The position numbers and the translations under genes are program-made. Below the pieces are notes generated by a model. It saw only the letters and a list, made by a program, of their open reading frames with translations. It was not told where the DNA came from and made no database searches. Below, in pieces: positions 29,658 to 39,569 of a DNA stretch of 64,000 nucleotides (the stretch's first letter is position 1; each line of letters opens with the position of its first letter). This stretch comes from a virus: the IMG/VR virus record IMGVR_UViG_3300021197_001793, positions 6,655 through 70,654 of that record; one strand, written 5' to 3'.

Positions 29658-31487
29658 ATGATAAAAGGTTACGACATTACAACACACAACGCAGAAGCAG
29701 TAGCTCATGTGATTAATAGTTTGGGTGTTGGTATTCCAATGGCTTTAACTCTTAGAGAGCTTGTAGTCAACGGTATAGAAGCATGTTTAAGAAATAACAG
29801 TGAAGAAGAAAAAGTTGTATATATTTGTAAGGACCATGTATATCCAAATAAACTAGCTGTCATAAATATAGGTGGTGATTTCTTGTCCGAAAAGACAATG
29901 AAAGAAAACTTAGCAACAATTGGAAACTCAGGAAACATGGGTATGAAAAGTGGAAAAGTTATTTTAGACAAAAACAAAGGCATTGGTGCCAAAGTTGCAT
30001 ATCTGCCAAACGCTAGTTGCGGCCTTGTGTATAGAAGCATTAAAGCATACGAAGACTTGGGTATCATGGCACAGATGCGAAAAGACAAGGATCGTGCTGT
30101 GTATACACTGCCACCGTTCGAATGCCCTGTGACTTCTGAAATAACAGCATTTCCGATGTATGGTAATTTCACAGAATATGGAAAACCCAAAAATACTATA
30201 ACTGAAGTTGTCTGTATGGGCGATCACGAAAGTGTAGATACATGGCATGAGTTTGATTTTAAATGTGGAAAAAGAAAAGGCCAAGGAGATGGCGGCACCG
30301 GGTATGGAAACTTTCGCTATCTCACACATCGTCTCTGGCTCGAACCAGAAGTAGAAACAAAGGTGGCTATTTATTATAAAAAAACCGGAGCCTTTAAGGC
30401 GTGGAAGCGTGTTTCTGGACTGAAGGATTTCATGGAGAACATGACTCAAATTAACGGAGTAGTTGATGTTAGCGTTAATGGATTAGCAGCAAAAGCGCAC
30501 TGGTGTGTTCTATCTTCAGCCGGCGAAGCCAAATATAGTTCGAACTGGGCAGCATCCGGTAAAACGGCCTTTGCATGGAAAGGTGAAACATACTCAGATT
30601 TTACTCAACACATTCTTTCCAAGAAGAAAGATCTCAACCAGAGTGGTATCATAGTCAATTATGACAAAGTCATGATTATTTTTGAGTTCGACTCCAGTGT
30701 GCAATTAAAAACAAATCCCGGTAGAACTCAATTATACTATAAAAATCCGACAATTAATGAAGATCAGTTAATTGATAAAGCACTGTTTCATGAACAATTT
30801 AGACTCAATATGCCAAAAGAACTAAAAGATTGGCAAGAAGAAAACCAGTCCAAATCTGAAGATGATAAAGATATAAAGAAATATATTAAAAACATGCTAA
30901 AACAATACCATTTTGGTTCTAAAAAGTCAAACTTAAATAATAATGTTCCTCCTGTTAATATTCCTCCTGTGAGCAAGAATAATAACAAGAATAAGTCCGG
31001 TAAGAAAAATCAAACATCAAGATCTGGCAATCCGCCAAGTACGGCCCCAAAGCAGATAACTTATATTAGCAAGTTAAAAACAATGAGGCCACCAGACATA
31101 ACATTTTTAGATGAACCTAACGCACCGCTCGTGGAGCTACATTGTAACGGGTCTCAATTTGAACTTTGTGTGAATATAGGTTCATCCGTATTTGCACACC
31201 GGCTTGAAAAAACAGAGAAAGCATTTGGTAGCCCGTGTTTAGTAAGAGACTATATCAAGCACCTTGTTAAGCAGGAAATATCAGCAGCAGCAGTATTAAG
31301 AGTTTTTGATATATATGTTTCTCACAGCAACCTTTCTCTAGAAGAGAAAAAAACATTTTGGGAACCAAAGTGTCTAGAATCTTGCTGGTCTAGACAGACT
31401 GAAAGTGAAATTTTGAAAAAAGCAAAATCCAAAAATAAACAAGCTATTTTACTAAATTCAAACATAGATATTGCCGCTGCTAAATAA
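29658..31487 (+). CDS. GHKL (MORC/Hsp90-like) ATPase domain protein
   Basis: LRELVVNGIEA (motif I), NIGGD (degenerate motif II), NKGIGAK (motif III). Asn/Lys/Pro-rich linker before a C-terminal domain. Confidence 0.65.
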   Translation: MIKGYDITTHNAEAVAHVINSLGVGIPMALTLRELVVNGIEACLRNNSEEEKVVYICKDHVYPNKLAVINIGGDFLSEKTMKENLATIGNSGNMGMKSGKVILDKNKGIGAKVAYLPNASCGLVYRSIKAYEDLGIMAQMRKDKDRAVYTLPPFECPVTSEITAFPMYGNFTEYGKPKNTITEVVCMGDHESVDTWHEFDFKCGKRKGQGDGGTGYGNFRYLTHRLWLEPEVETKVAIYYKKTGAFKAWKRVSGLKDFMENMTQINGVVDVSVNGLAAKAHWCVLSSAGEAKYSSNWAASGKTAFAWKGETYSDFTQHILSKKKDLNQSGIIVNYDKVMIIFEFDSSVQLKTNPGRTQLYYKNPTINEDQLIDKALFHEQFRLNMPKELKDWQEENQSKSEDDKDIKKYIKNMLKQYHFGSKKSNLNNNVPPVNIPPVSKNNNKNKSGKKNQTSRSGNPPSTAPKQITYISKLKTMRPPDITFLDEPNAPLVELHCNGSQFELCVNIGSSVFAHRLEKTEKAFGSPCLVRDYIKHLVKQEISAAAVLRVFDIYVSHSNLSLEEKKTFWEPKCLESCWSRQTESEILKKAKSKNKQAILLNSNIDIAAAK

Positions 31488-31502
31488 TTTAAAGGAGAAA
31501 TA

Positions 31503-32582
31503 ATGGGAGAACTACTAAAAATGAAAACAGGAAAAATTAATGTTGCTGATCTTGCAAAGAAGATCAATAAGAAATTAGGAATTGAGGTCGCTCATGACCT
31601 TAATAACTCAGATCCGGTATCCGTAAAGGATTGGATTCCAACCGGATCAAAGTGGCTGGACTTAATCATAAGCCCGGGCAAAGAAGCGGGAATCCCTGTC
31701 GGAAAGATTACTGAATTGGCTGGCTTGTCTGGTTCTGGTAAGTCTTTCATGGCAGCGCAGATAGCTGCAAGGGCTCAAGAGAAGGGTATGCTTGTTGTAT
31801 ACTTTGATGCTGAGTCTGCTATCGACACCAGTTTCCTTGAGAAAGCAGGGTGTAAAAAAGATGCTCTTCTCTACTCTCAAGCTATTAGTGTTGAGAAGGT
31901 GTTAAGTCAAATTGAGTATATCATGAATGAATACAGCGAAGCTAAGGTTCTGTTCATATGGGATTCGGTTGCTGCTACTCCTTCGGAAAAGGACTTGGAA
32001 GGTGACTTCAATCCTCAGTCTTCCATGGCGGTTAAGCCAAGAATTTTTGCGAAAGCATTTCCGAAACTTACAATTCCTTTGGCTAACACCAACTCAACGC
32101 TTCTATTAATAAACCAGTTGAAGACCAATATATCTTCAAATCCAATGATGGCTCTCGTTGAACCATTTATTGCTCCCGGTGGAAAAGCAATTGAATACTT
32201 TAGTTCATTACGTATTTGGCTTACAAAGCGCAAAGCAAAAAAATCTTTTGCTATTGATGATGAAGGAACAAGAATCGGCTCACATGTTAAGTGTGTAATA
32301 CAAAAATCCCGTTTCGGCTCCGAAGGTAGAAATTGTGAATTTAAAATTATGTGGGGTAATGAAATTGGAATTCAAGATGAAGAGTCTTGGTTAGAGATCC
32401 TCAAGCGCTCAAAGACACCTAATTTTAGCGTTACTGGTGCTTGGTATACTCTTGTACCAAAAGAGGGTAAACCTTTTAAATTTCAGTCAAAACAGTGGAT
32501 TGATAAATTAAAAGACGAAAAATTTAGAGATGCCGTAATTCATTTGTTGAATGAGGTTATGGTAGAAAAATATAAATCATAA
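31503..32582 (+). CDS. recA: RecA/UvsX recombinase
   Basis: IPTGS, GKITELAGLSGSGKS (Walker A), YFDAE, WDSVAA, INQLK, PGGKA. Confidence 0.95.
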   Translation: MGELLKMKTGKINVADLAKKINKKLGIEVAHDLNNSDPVSVKDWIPTGSKWLDLIISPGKEAGIPVGKITELAGLSGSGKSFMAAQIAARAQEKGMLVVYFDAESAIDTSFLEKAGCKKDALLYSQAISVEKVLSQIEYIMNEYSEAKVLFIWDSVAATPSEKDLEGDFNPQSSMAVKPRIFAKAFPKLTIPLANTNSTLLLINQLKTNISSNPMMALVEPFIAPGGKAIEYFSSLRIWLTKRKAKKSFAIDDEGTRIGSHVKCVIQKSRFGSEGRNCEFKIMWGNEIGIQDEESWLEILKRSKTPNFSVTGAWYTLVPKEGKPFKFQSKQWIDKLKDEKFRDAVIHLLNEVMVEKYKS

Positions 32583-32610
32583 AGTTTGTTTAGCGTAGTT
32601 GTTCTCCTGT

Positions 32611-32643
32611 GGCCCCCGGTTGAAAAATCGGGGGCTTTTTTTC
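32611..32643 (+). terminator. Intrinsic terminator
   Basis: GCCCCCGGTT-GAA-AAATCGGGGGC hairpin followed by a T-run. Confidence 0.85.
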
Positions 32644-32672
32644 TTGACAAGATAAGGTGAACATGATATATT
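32644..32672 (+). promoter_or_regulatory. Sigma70-type promoter
   Basis: TTGACA-N17-TATATT with extended -10 TG. Confidence 0.8.
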
Positions 32673-32688
32673 ATTATAGGAGGATAAT

Positions 32689-33123
32689 ATGAGTTATAGA
32701 GATACATCAAATCAATCAGGCGATATTAGCGAAATGACTATTAGGCTTGATTTAATTAAAAAGGGATACGTAGTTTTAGAACCATCATCAAGAGATTGTG
32801 TTTATGATATTGTTGTCGACAGAGATGGCACTTTTGAGACAATTCAGTGTAAAACAATGCAGAGCAATAGCATAGCAAAAATTGTAGATCGATCAAATGA
32901 AGTTGTGTGTGCTGGTGGAAAAGTGAGAAATTCACTCGATTATGCAGAACACGGTGTTAATTGGCTGGCCGGATGCCATAAGAAAACAGGTGAAATATAT
33001 TATTATAAACTTGAAACATACGCTGCGATTGACAAAAAGTCGTTCAGTGTTTTGAAACACCCACAAGATGGATTTCCATCACGCAATGTTCCAAATCGAC
33101 ACGCAAAGGGAGGTGGCAAATGA
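32689..33123 (+). CDS. PD-(D/E)XK endonuclease (free-standing homing-type)
   Basis: GDISE...KGYVVLEP...YDIVVD...IQCKT. Confidence 0.75.
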   Translation: MSYRDTSNQSGDISEMTIRLDLIKKGYVVLEPSSRDCVYDIVVDRDGTFETIQCKTMQSNSIAKIVDRSNEVVCAGGKVRNSLDYAEHGVNWLAGCHKKTGEIYYYKLETYAAIDKKSFSVLKHPQDGFPSRNVPNRHAKGGGK

Positions 33124-34118
33124 GACCAACAACACCAATAGAAGATAATAAGAGAGTATTAATAATCGATGCATTGAATATGTTTTTAAGAGCATACACA
33201 ATCATCCCAAGTATGAACCCGCAAGGTCTCCCAAACGGGGGCACAATAGGATTTATTAAATCAATGCAAAAGCTCTGTAGGAACTTCAGACCACATGAAG
33301 TTATAATTTGCTGGGACGGGCACGGAGGATCTGAAAAGCGCAGACAAATGAATAAGAACTACAAGGCTGGACGAAGACCGGTTAGGTTCAACCGTAGAAT
33401 GATAGAACTACCCGAGGACCAAGTTAAGAAGAACAGAACAGATCAACAATTGAGGTTGCATGAGTATTTAAATAATATGCCAGTTATTCAGTTGATGATC
33501 GACTTTGTTGAAGCAGATGATATCATTGCACTTGTTTGTAAAAACAAGAAGTACGCTGATTACAACAAAATAATTGTATCATCTGACAAAGATTTTTATC
33601 AATTACTGGGCGATGAGAATGTTTTCATACATAGGCCATCAGCCAAAGAACCAAGAGACCCAGATTACCTGATTAATGGCAAAATGCTTTTACATAAAGA
33701 GGGCATTCACCCAAATAACTACGCTTTGGCTAGAGCAATCGACGGAGACAAATCAGATAACCTTGAAGGCGTACCTAGAATTGGAATGAAGACGATTAAA
33801 ACAAATTTTCCGATCTTAGAACAAGCAAAACAACTTACGTGCGACGAGCTTTTTGTCTACTGCAAAATGCAGATGAAGCAAAAAAGCTGCCATAAAAAGT
33901 TGCTCGAATATCAAGAACGTGTTAAGTTAAATTATCAAATAATGCAGTTATATGAATCAAATATTTCTCACAATGGGAGGAGGGGTATAGATTATACACT
34001 AGATAACTTTGAGCATGGGTTTGATAAGCTAGAACTACAAAAAATGCTTATAGCAGATGGACAGGGACATTTAAATTTATCTGATTTATGGGTTGCTTTT
34101 AAAATTTTAAAATCATAG
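33120..34118 (+). CDS. 5'-3' exonuclease / RNase H (FEN family)
   Basis: IIDALN, WDG, YKAGR, EADDII, VSSDKDFYQL, GDKSDNLEGVPRIGMKT. Confidence 0.93.
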   Translation: MRPTTPIEDNKRVLIIDALNMFLRAYTIIPSMNPQGLPNGGTIGFIKSMQKLCRNFRPHEVIICWDGHGGSEKRRQMNKNYKAGRRPVRFNRRMIELPEDQVKKNRTDQQLRLHEYLNNMPVIQLMIDFVEADDIIALVCKNKKYADYNKIIVSSDKDFYQLLGDENVFIHRPSAKEPRDPDYLINGKMLLHKEGIHPNNYALARAIDGDKSDNLEGVPRIGMKTIKTNFPILEQAKQLTCDELFVYCKMQMKQKSCHKKLLEYQERVKLNYQIMQLYESNISHNGRRGIDYTLDNFEHGFDKLELQKMLIADGQGHLNLSDLWVAFKILKS

Positions 34119-34136
34119 TTAACAACGGAGGACAAC

Positions 34137-35495
34137 ATGGAATTTAAACAGGATACATTTCAAAAATTTGGTAAGAGCTTTCAAGAAGACTTGTGCCATC
34201 TAATGCTACAAGACAGGACTTTTTGTGATCAGATAAGCGAGGTTCTTAACGTAGAATTTATTCAATATGAGCATTTGCGTATATTCATAACCATGCTGGT
34301 TGAATATCGGGAGAAATACCGTCAGCATCCATCATATGAGACAATGGCTACCATTATTACCTCGGAGGTGGGGAAATATACAGAAGCCCTGAAGAAACAG
34401 ATAACCTTATTTTATTCAAAAGTAATCAACAATAGTGAGATTGAAAGTACACAGTTCATTAAAGATCATGCTATTGATTTTTGCAGAAAACAGGTGTTAA
34501 AGAAGGCCATGATACAGTCTGTTAAGTTACTTAAGTCATCTTCATTTGAAGAAATACAGAAAGTTATTGAGGATGCAATGAAATTGGGAACCAATGTTGA
34601 CTTTGGCCATGACTGGCACATGGATATTGATGAACGATATCGTATGAAATCTCGTAATCCAATTACCACTGGCTGGTCTCGGTTTGATGAGATTACTCAA
34701 GGCGGCTTCGGCCAATCAGAGCTTGGTGTTGTTATTGCACCAACCGGAGCAGGCAAGTCAATGGCTCTTGTTCACATTGGAGCAACTGCACTAAAAGAAT
34801 CAAAAACAGTTATTTATTATACATTAGAGCTAGCAGAGACAGTAGTTGGGCAGAGGTTTGATTCTTGTATCACAGATATTAAGCTGAACGATTTGTTAAA
34901 GAATAAGCATAATGTGTCCAATAAGTTAAAAGAAATAAAGGGGCACCTAATTATTAAGGAATATCCAAGTAAGTCAGCTTCCACACAAACAATTAGAAGT
35001 CATGTTGAGCGCTTGAAAAAGCGAGGCATTGTACCTGATATGATCATTGTCGATTACGCAGACCTACTAAAACCAGTAAGGTCACAGGGTGAAAAGAGGC
35101 ACGAATTGGAAAGCATCTACGAAGAATTAAGAGGCATCGCACAACAGGAAAAATGCGCTATTGTTACTGCAAGTCAGACAAATCGAGGCGGGTTAAATGC
35201 AGAAGTTATCACGATGGAATCAATCTCAGAGGCTTTTAGCAAGTGTTTCGTTGCAGACTTTATCTTTTCGCTATCCAGAACGCCAAAAGACAAGCAAGCA
35301 AATACCGGTCGTGTTTTTATCGCCAAGAACCGTAACGGCCCTGATGGATTGGTATTTCCGATCTTCGCAGATTGGTCTAACGTGACAATGAAGGTCCTTG
35401 AAAAAACAGACCATGAAGAAGATAAGCCGGAGATGTCTTCAAAGGATAATTTAAAGTTTTTAAAAGAAAAATACGCACAGTCAAGAGGAAAATAG
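34137..35495 (+). CDS. dnaB: Replicative DNA helicase (DnaB/gp41)
   Basis: APTGAGKS, YTLE, IKEYP, IVDYADL, TASQTNR, KNRNGPDG. Confidence 0.93.
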   Translation: MEFKQDTFQKFGKSFQEDLCHLMLQDRTFCDQISEVLNVEFIQYEHLRIFITMLVEYREKYRQHPSYETMATIITSEVGKYTEALKKQITLFYSKVINNSEIESTQFIKDHAIDFCRKQVLKKAMIQSVKLLKSSSFEEIQKVIEDAMKLGTNVDFGHDWHMDIDERYRMKSRNPITTGWSRFDEITQGGFGQSELGVVIAPTGAGKSMALVHIGATALKESKTVIYYTLELAETVVGQRFDSCITDIKLNDLLKNKHNVSNKLKEIKGHLIIKEYPSKSASTQTIRSHVERLKKRGIVPDMIIVDYADLLKPVRSQGEKRHELESIYEELRGIAQQEKCAIVTASQTNRGGLNAEVITMESISEAFSKCFVADFIFSLSRTPKDKQANTGRVFIAKNRNGPDGLVFPIFADWSNVTMKVLEKTDHEEDKPEMSSKDNLKFLKEKYAQSRGK

Positions 35496-35505
35496 GGGGT
35501 AAAAC

Positions 35506-37365
35506 ATGAGTGTAGCAAATAAAATACTATCAGATATAACCGTACATATGAAGTACGCCAGATACATACCAGAAAAGAATAGAAGAGAAAATTGGGAGGA
35601 GCTAGTAACACGCAATAAAGCGATGCACCTCAAAAAATTTCCGGAGCTAGTTTCTGAAATCGAGAATGCTTACAAATTTGTATATGACAAGAAGGTATTA
35701 CCTTCAATGCGTTCAATGCAATTTGCGGGCAAACCAATTGAAATCAGCCCAAATAGGATTTTTAATTGTGCGTATGCACCAATAGACGACCATCGTGTAT
35801 TCGGTGAAATTATGCTTTTGTTGCTTGGTGGAACCGGAGTCGGATACTCGGTACAGAGACACCATGTGGAGAAATTGCCCTCCATCTTAAAACCAAATAC
35901 CAAACGTGCTAGGCGCTTTTTGATTGGCGATTCAATTGAAGGGTGGTCTGATGCTGTTTGTGCACTAATGAAGTCGTATTTTAAGGGAACGTCTAAACTA
36001 CGTTTTGATTTTTCTGATATTCGTGCAAAGGGTGAGCGCTTGGTTACAAGCGGCGGTAAAGCACCGGGACCACAACCTCTCAAGGAGTGTTTAATAAAAG
36101 TTGAGGGTATTCTTGACTCAAGAGAAAACGGAGACAAATTAACAACAATCGAAGTTCATGATATCATTTGTCATATAGCAGATGCTGTATTAGCTGGCGG
36201 GATTCGTCGTGCTGCGCTTATATCACTGTTTTCAATTGACGACGAAGAAATGCTTGCCGCAAAGAGCGGTAATTGGTGGGAAAAGAACCCACAAAGAGGA
36301 AGAGCAAACAATTCAGTTGTTATTATGAGACACAGAGTTAAAAAAGCAGACTTCTTTAAATTATGGGAAAGAGTAAAAGCATCAGGAGCCGGAGAGCCCG
36401 GTTTTTACTTTACTAATGACAAAGAGTATGGATGCAACCCGTGTTGTGAGATAAGCTTAAGGCCATACCAATTCTGCAATTTAACCGAAGTTAATGTAAG
36501 TGATGTAGAAGATCAAGAAGAGTATGAAGCAAGAGCCAGAGCAGGATCGCTCATAGGCACCCTACAAGCCTCATACACAGACTTTCATTACCTCAGGCCA
36601 GTGTGGCAGCGGAACACCGAAAAAGACTATTTAATAGGCGTTTCCATGACCGGAATAGCATCTGGTAAAGTGTTGGAGCTAGATATGGAAGCAGCAGCCC
36701 TTGCCGTTAAAGAAGAGAATGCAAAGATCGCAAAAATAATTGGAATTGGTCCGGCTTCTCGTTGTACAACTGTAAAACCAGCAGGCACTACGTCTCTAAC
36801 TCTCGGAACATCAAGTGGAATTCATGCTTGGCACAATGATCACTACATTCGCAGAATAAGAGTTGGAAAAAACGAGGCAATCTATTCATATCTTCTCAAT
36901 AATCATCCGGAACTGGTCGAAAATGAGTTCTTTAGACCGCATGACACCGCTGTTATCTCTGTGCCGCAAAAAGCTCCAAATGGGGCGATTACAAGGTCAG
37001 AATCAGCAACAGAATTATTAGAGCGTGTAAAGAAGGTCGCAACCGAATGGGTTGTCTCAGGACACAGAAAAGGCCAAAATACAAACAATGTCTCAGCCAC
37101 CATCACAGTTAAACCAGATGAGTGGGTTACCGTTGGAGACTGGATGTGGAATAACAGAAAGCACTATAACGGCCTCTCAATACTGCCATTTTCGGACCAT
37201 ACCTACAAACAAGCACCATTTGAAGATTGCTCTTCGGACCAATTTGAGGAAATGATGAAAACCCTTGTAAATATTGATTTGGACGAAGTATCGGAAAATG
37301 AAGACAATACAGACCTCTCAGGAGAGATTGCTTGTGCCGGTGGAGCGTGCGAATTAGAATTCTAA
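35506..37365 (+). CDS. nrdJ: Class II (B12-dependent) ribonucleotide reductase
   Basis: LPSMRS, FNCA, GTGVGYS, GGIRRAA, GEPG, NPCCEI, CNLTEV, TVKPAGT, C-terminal ACAGGACE. No small-subunit gene adjacent. Confidence 0.9.
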   Translation: MSVANKILSDITVHMKYARYIPEKNRRENWEELVTRNKAMHLKKFPELVSEIENAYKFVYDKKVLPSMRSMQFAGKPIEISPNRIFNCAYAPIDDHRVFGEIMLLLLGGTGVGYSVQRHHVEKLPSILKPNTKRARRFLIGDSIEGWSDAVCALMKSYFKGTSKLRFDFSDIRAKGERLVTSGGKAPGPQPLKECLIKVEGILDSRENGDKLTTIEVHDIICHIADAVLAGGIRRAALISLFSIDDEEMLAAKSGNWWEKNPQRGRANNSVVIMRHRVKKADFFKLWERVKASGAGEPGFYFTNDKEYGCNPCCEISLRPYQFCNLTEVNVSDVEDQEEYEARARAGSLIGTLQASYTDFHYLRPVWQRNTEKDYLIGVSMTGIASGKVLELDMEAAALAVKEENAKIAKIIGIGPASRCTTVKPAGTTSLTLGTSSGIHAWHNDHYIRRIRVGKNEAIYSYLLNNHPELVENEFFRPHDTAVISVPQKAPNGAITRSESATELLERVKKVATEWVVSGHRKGQNTNNVSATITVKPDEWVTVGDWMWNNRKHYNGLSILPFSDHTYKQAPFEDCSSDQFEEMMKTLVNIDLDEVSENEDNTDLSGEIACAGGACELEF

Positions 37366-37387
37366 ACCCTAATTACTTTTAGGGTGT

Positions 37388-37711
37388 ATGATGAACGATG
37401 AAGAACCACATGCAATAGCCGATAACGAACCGGCAGGCAAACCCACACAAACATTAATTACTGTGAGGCGTAAAAAGAAAAAAACAATCACAGTGTCAGT
37501 TGACTTTGACGATGTTTATAGAGAGTTTGAGTTGTGGAACTATGTCTATGATTTAAGAGACGCTATCGATGACGAGATTGAATTCGAGACTACACCGGAC
37601 TATAAAAATAGAATACAAACTTACGAAGTTACATCTGGTATTAGAATAATAAATAAATTAAAGTATTGGCTTGTTGAAAACAATTTCAAATATAGTCTTG
37701 ACAAAAAATAA
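37388..37711 (+). CDS. Hypothetical protein
   Basis: 107-aa ORF with motif variant CCTAATTA at 37368. Confidence 0.55.
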   Translation: MMNDEEPHAIADNEPAGKPTQTLITVRRKKKKTITVSVDFDDVYREFELWNYVYDLRDAIDDEIEFETTPDYKNRIQTYEVTSGIRIINKLKYWLVENNFKYSLDKK

Positions 37712-37726
37712 AATGTGTGTTATATT
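37698..37726 (+). promoter_or_regulatory. Sigma70-type promoter
   Basis: TTGACA-N17-TATATT with extended -10, upstream of groES. Confidence 0.8.
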
Positions 37727-37741
37727 AACATAGGAGGTAAA

Positions 37742-38044
37742 ATGCATTTTAAACCATTTAATCGACACGTGGTTGTCGATATCATTGAAGAAAAGAAAGA
37801 AGAAAAGGGACTCGTTGTCCTGCCTACTGACTACAAAAAGCCCATATCACCGCATGTAAAGGGCATTGTGATTGAGGCTGCGGAGGATTCAAAATTCCAC
37901 GGAGTTTTGTTTGTTAATGATACTGTATTGATTGAGCGAAGAATGTTGCAAAAAGTTGAAATTCGTGAATATTCGTTCTATTTAGTGTTAGAAAATTACA
38001 TTTATGGGAGAATAGACAATGAAATTAACAAAACAGAGCCTTAA
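37742..38044 (+). CDS. groES: Co-chaperonin GroES-like protein
   Basis: FKPFNRHVVV...GLVVLP...GIVI...DTVL...LVLENYIYG. SD GGAGG before ATG 37742. Confidence 0.75.
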   Translation: MHFKPFNRHVVVDIIEEKKEEKGLVVLPTDYKKPISPHVKGIVIEAAEDSKFHGVLFVNDTVLIERRMLQKVEIREYSFYLVLENYIYGRIDNEINKTEP

Positions 38045-38840
38045 GGCTTTAATAAAGGAAGTTAAAGAAGAAAGAGAGAGCCTGTTGCTTTCTAAACCGG
38101 CTGCGGAATATCTGCATGCTAAAAAGCTTTTTGAAGACCAAGCAAGATCTAGTGGAGAGTTTACTGAAGTCGCATTTAATACGATGATGGCAATGTCTGC
38201 ATTTGGTGATGGTGCCTTAGATGAAGCTCTTATTGGAGAAGCCCCACAGCAACATCCTTTGGAAACTAGCCACCCAAGCAACCCTAACCAAGGCGTCATT
38301 AAGAGGTTCATGGAATCGTTATATTCAGGAAAGAGACTTGGGTTTTTAACTTACTATGAGGAGAGCGACCTTGCAAAAATGCACCTATTTCTTATAAAGG
38401 GCGAAAATGCCGGCTTTGCAATCAAAGATGGTGATGATATAGTGTCTGTCCATAATAACTCAAAACTGTCTGGGCTTACCAGATTCTTTCTTAATATTGC
38501 TAGAGAGAACGGTGGAACTAAATTAGATCATTTCGATGGATTTTTAAGCGGATTATACAGAAAAAACGGCTTTAAGGATGTTTATCAGGTATATGAGTGG
38601 GATGAAAACCACAAACCAGACCAGTGGCCGTATGATGAAGTAAATATTCTTAATCCAAAAACTAGCATTTATTCAGATGCATTTAATAAAATGGTTGAAG
38701 GTGGAGACCCAATGAACGAGCTACCAAACGAGATGATGGAAATAACAGCAGAAAGTGGCTATAAGATTAGTTTTAGACCAAGATCAAAGTATATTAAATA
38801 TATAAATGGCCGACCCGATGTAATTTTTAGGAGAATTTAA
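38019..38840 (+). CDS. Putative packaged GNAT-fold protein
   Basis: Leader MKLTKQSLKALIKEVKEE. GFAIKDGDDIVSVHN, ARENGGTKLDHFDGFLSGLYRKNGF resemble GNAT motifs. TCTATTTA at 37977. Confidence 0.55.
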   Translation: MKLTKQSLKALIKEVKEERESLLLSKPAAEYLHAKKLFEDQARSSGEFTEVAFNTMMAMSAFGDGALDEALIGEAPQQHPLETSHPSNPNQGVIKRFMESLYSGKRLGFLTYYEESDLAKMHLFLIKGENAGFAIKDGDDIVSVHNNSKLSGLTRFFLNIARENGGTKLDHFDGFLSGLYRKNGFKDVYQVYEWDENHKPDQWPYDEVNILNPKTSIYSDAFNKMVEGGDPMNELPNEMMEITAESGYKISFRPRSKYIKYINGRPDVIFRRI

Positions 38841-39569
38841 GTGAAATATGAAAAATCAATTAAAATATATGATGACAATGTTGGTGGCGTGGACTATGTT
38901 GATCACATGGGCAGTGACCTTACCATCGTCAATAGCGCTAGGGTTAGCTTTGGTGTGCAAAAGTCTAGTCTGGATGGGCGGGACAAGCGACTTATTAGTT
39001 ACCTTGTCAAACATAAGCACACCAGCACTTTCGAGCATAATGTTATTACTTTTAAATTTATCGTGCCTCTGTTTGTTCGTTCTCAGCATCATCGTCACAG
39101 AACGTGGAGTTACAACGAAATCTCAAGAAGATACACCGACAAAGGCCTAAGATTCTATGAGCCAACCAAATTCAGAACACAGCATGAATCTAATCGCCAA
39201 GCTTCAAACCCAGACAAGTTAATAAATCCATCAATGGCTAGTTATGGTGGTTCATCACTTGTCCCTCCCTCATCATTTCTGGCATCAGACGCAGTCACCA
39301 ATCACCACATGAGAAGCCTTGAACTATTTAACAAGTTAATCAATGTAGGTGTGTGCAGGGAGCAAGCAAGAGGGATATTACCCCAAAACCTATATACGGA
39401 ATACTACGGAACAGTTAATCTCAACAACCTGCTTAAGTTTATAGACTTACGCACACACGAAGGCGCCCAATGGGAAATCCAGAAAATAGCGGAAGCCTGT
39501 CTTGAAATAGCGACTGAACTTTGGCCAACTGCCGTAAATTCCTATAGGGAAATTCGAGGTGTCTCATAA
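38841..39569 (+). CDS. thyX: Flavin-dependent thymidylate synthase
   Basis: VNSARVSF, HTSTFEH, RHRTWSYNEISRRY, REQARGILP, AQWEI. Confidence 0.96.
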   Translation: MKYEKSIKIYDDNVGGVDYVDHMGSDLTIVNSARVSFGVQKSSLDGRDKRLISYLVKHKHTSTFEHNVITFKFIVPLFVRSQHHRHRTWSYNEISRRYTDKGLRFYEPTKFRTQHESNRQASNPDKLINPSMASYGGSSLVPPSSFLASDAVTNHHMRSLELFNKLINVGVCREQARGILPQNLYTEYYGTVNLNNLLKFIDLRTHEGAQWEIQKIAEACLEIATELWPTAVNSYREIRGVS

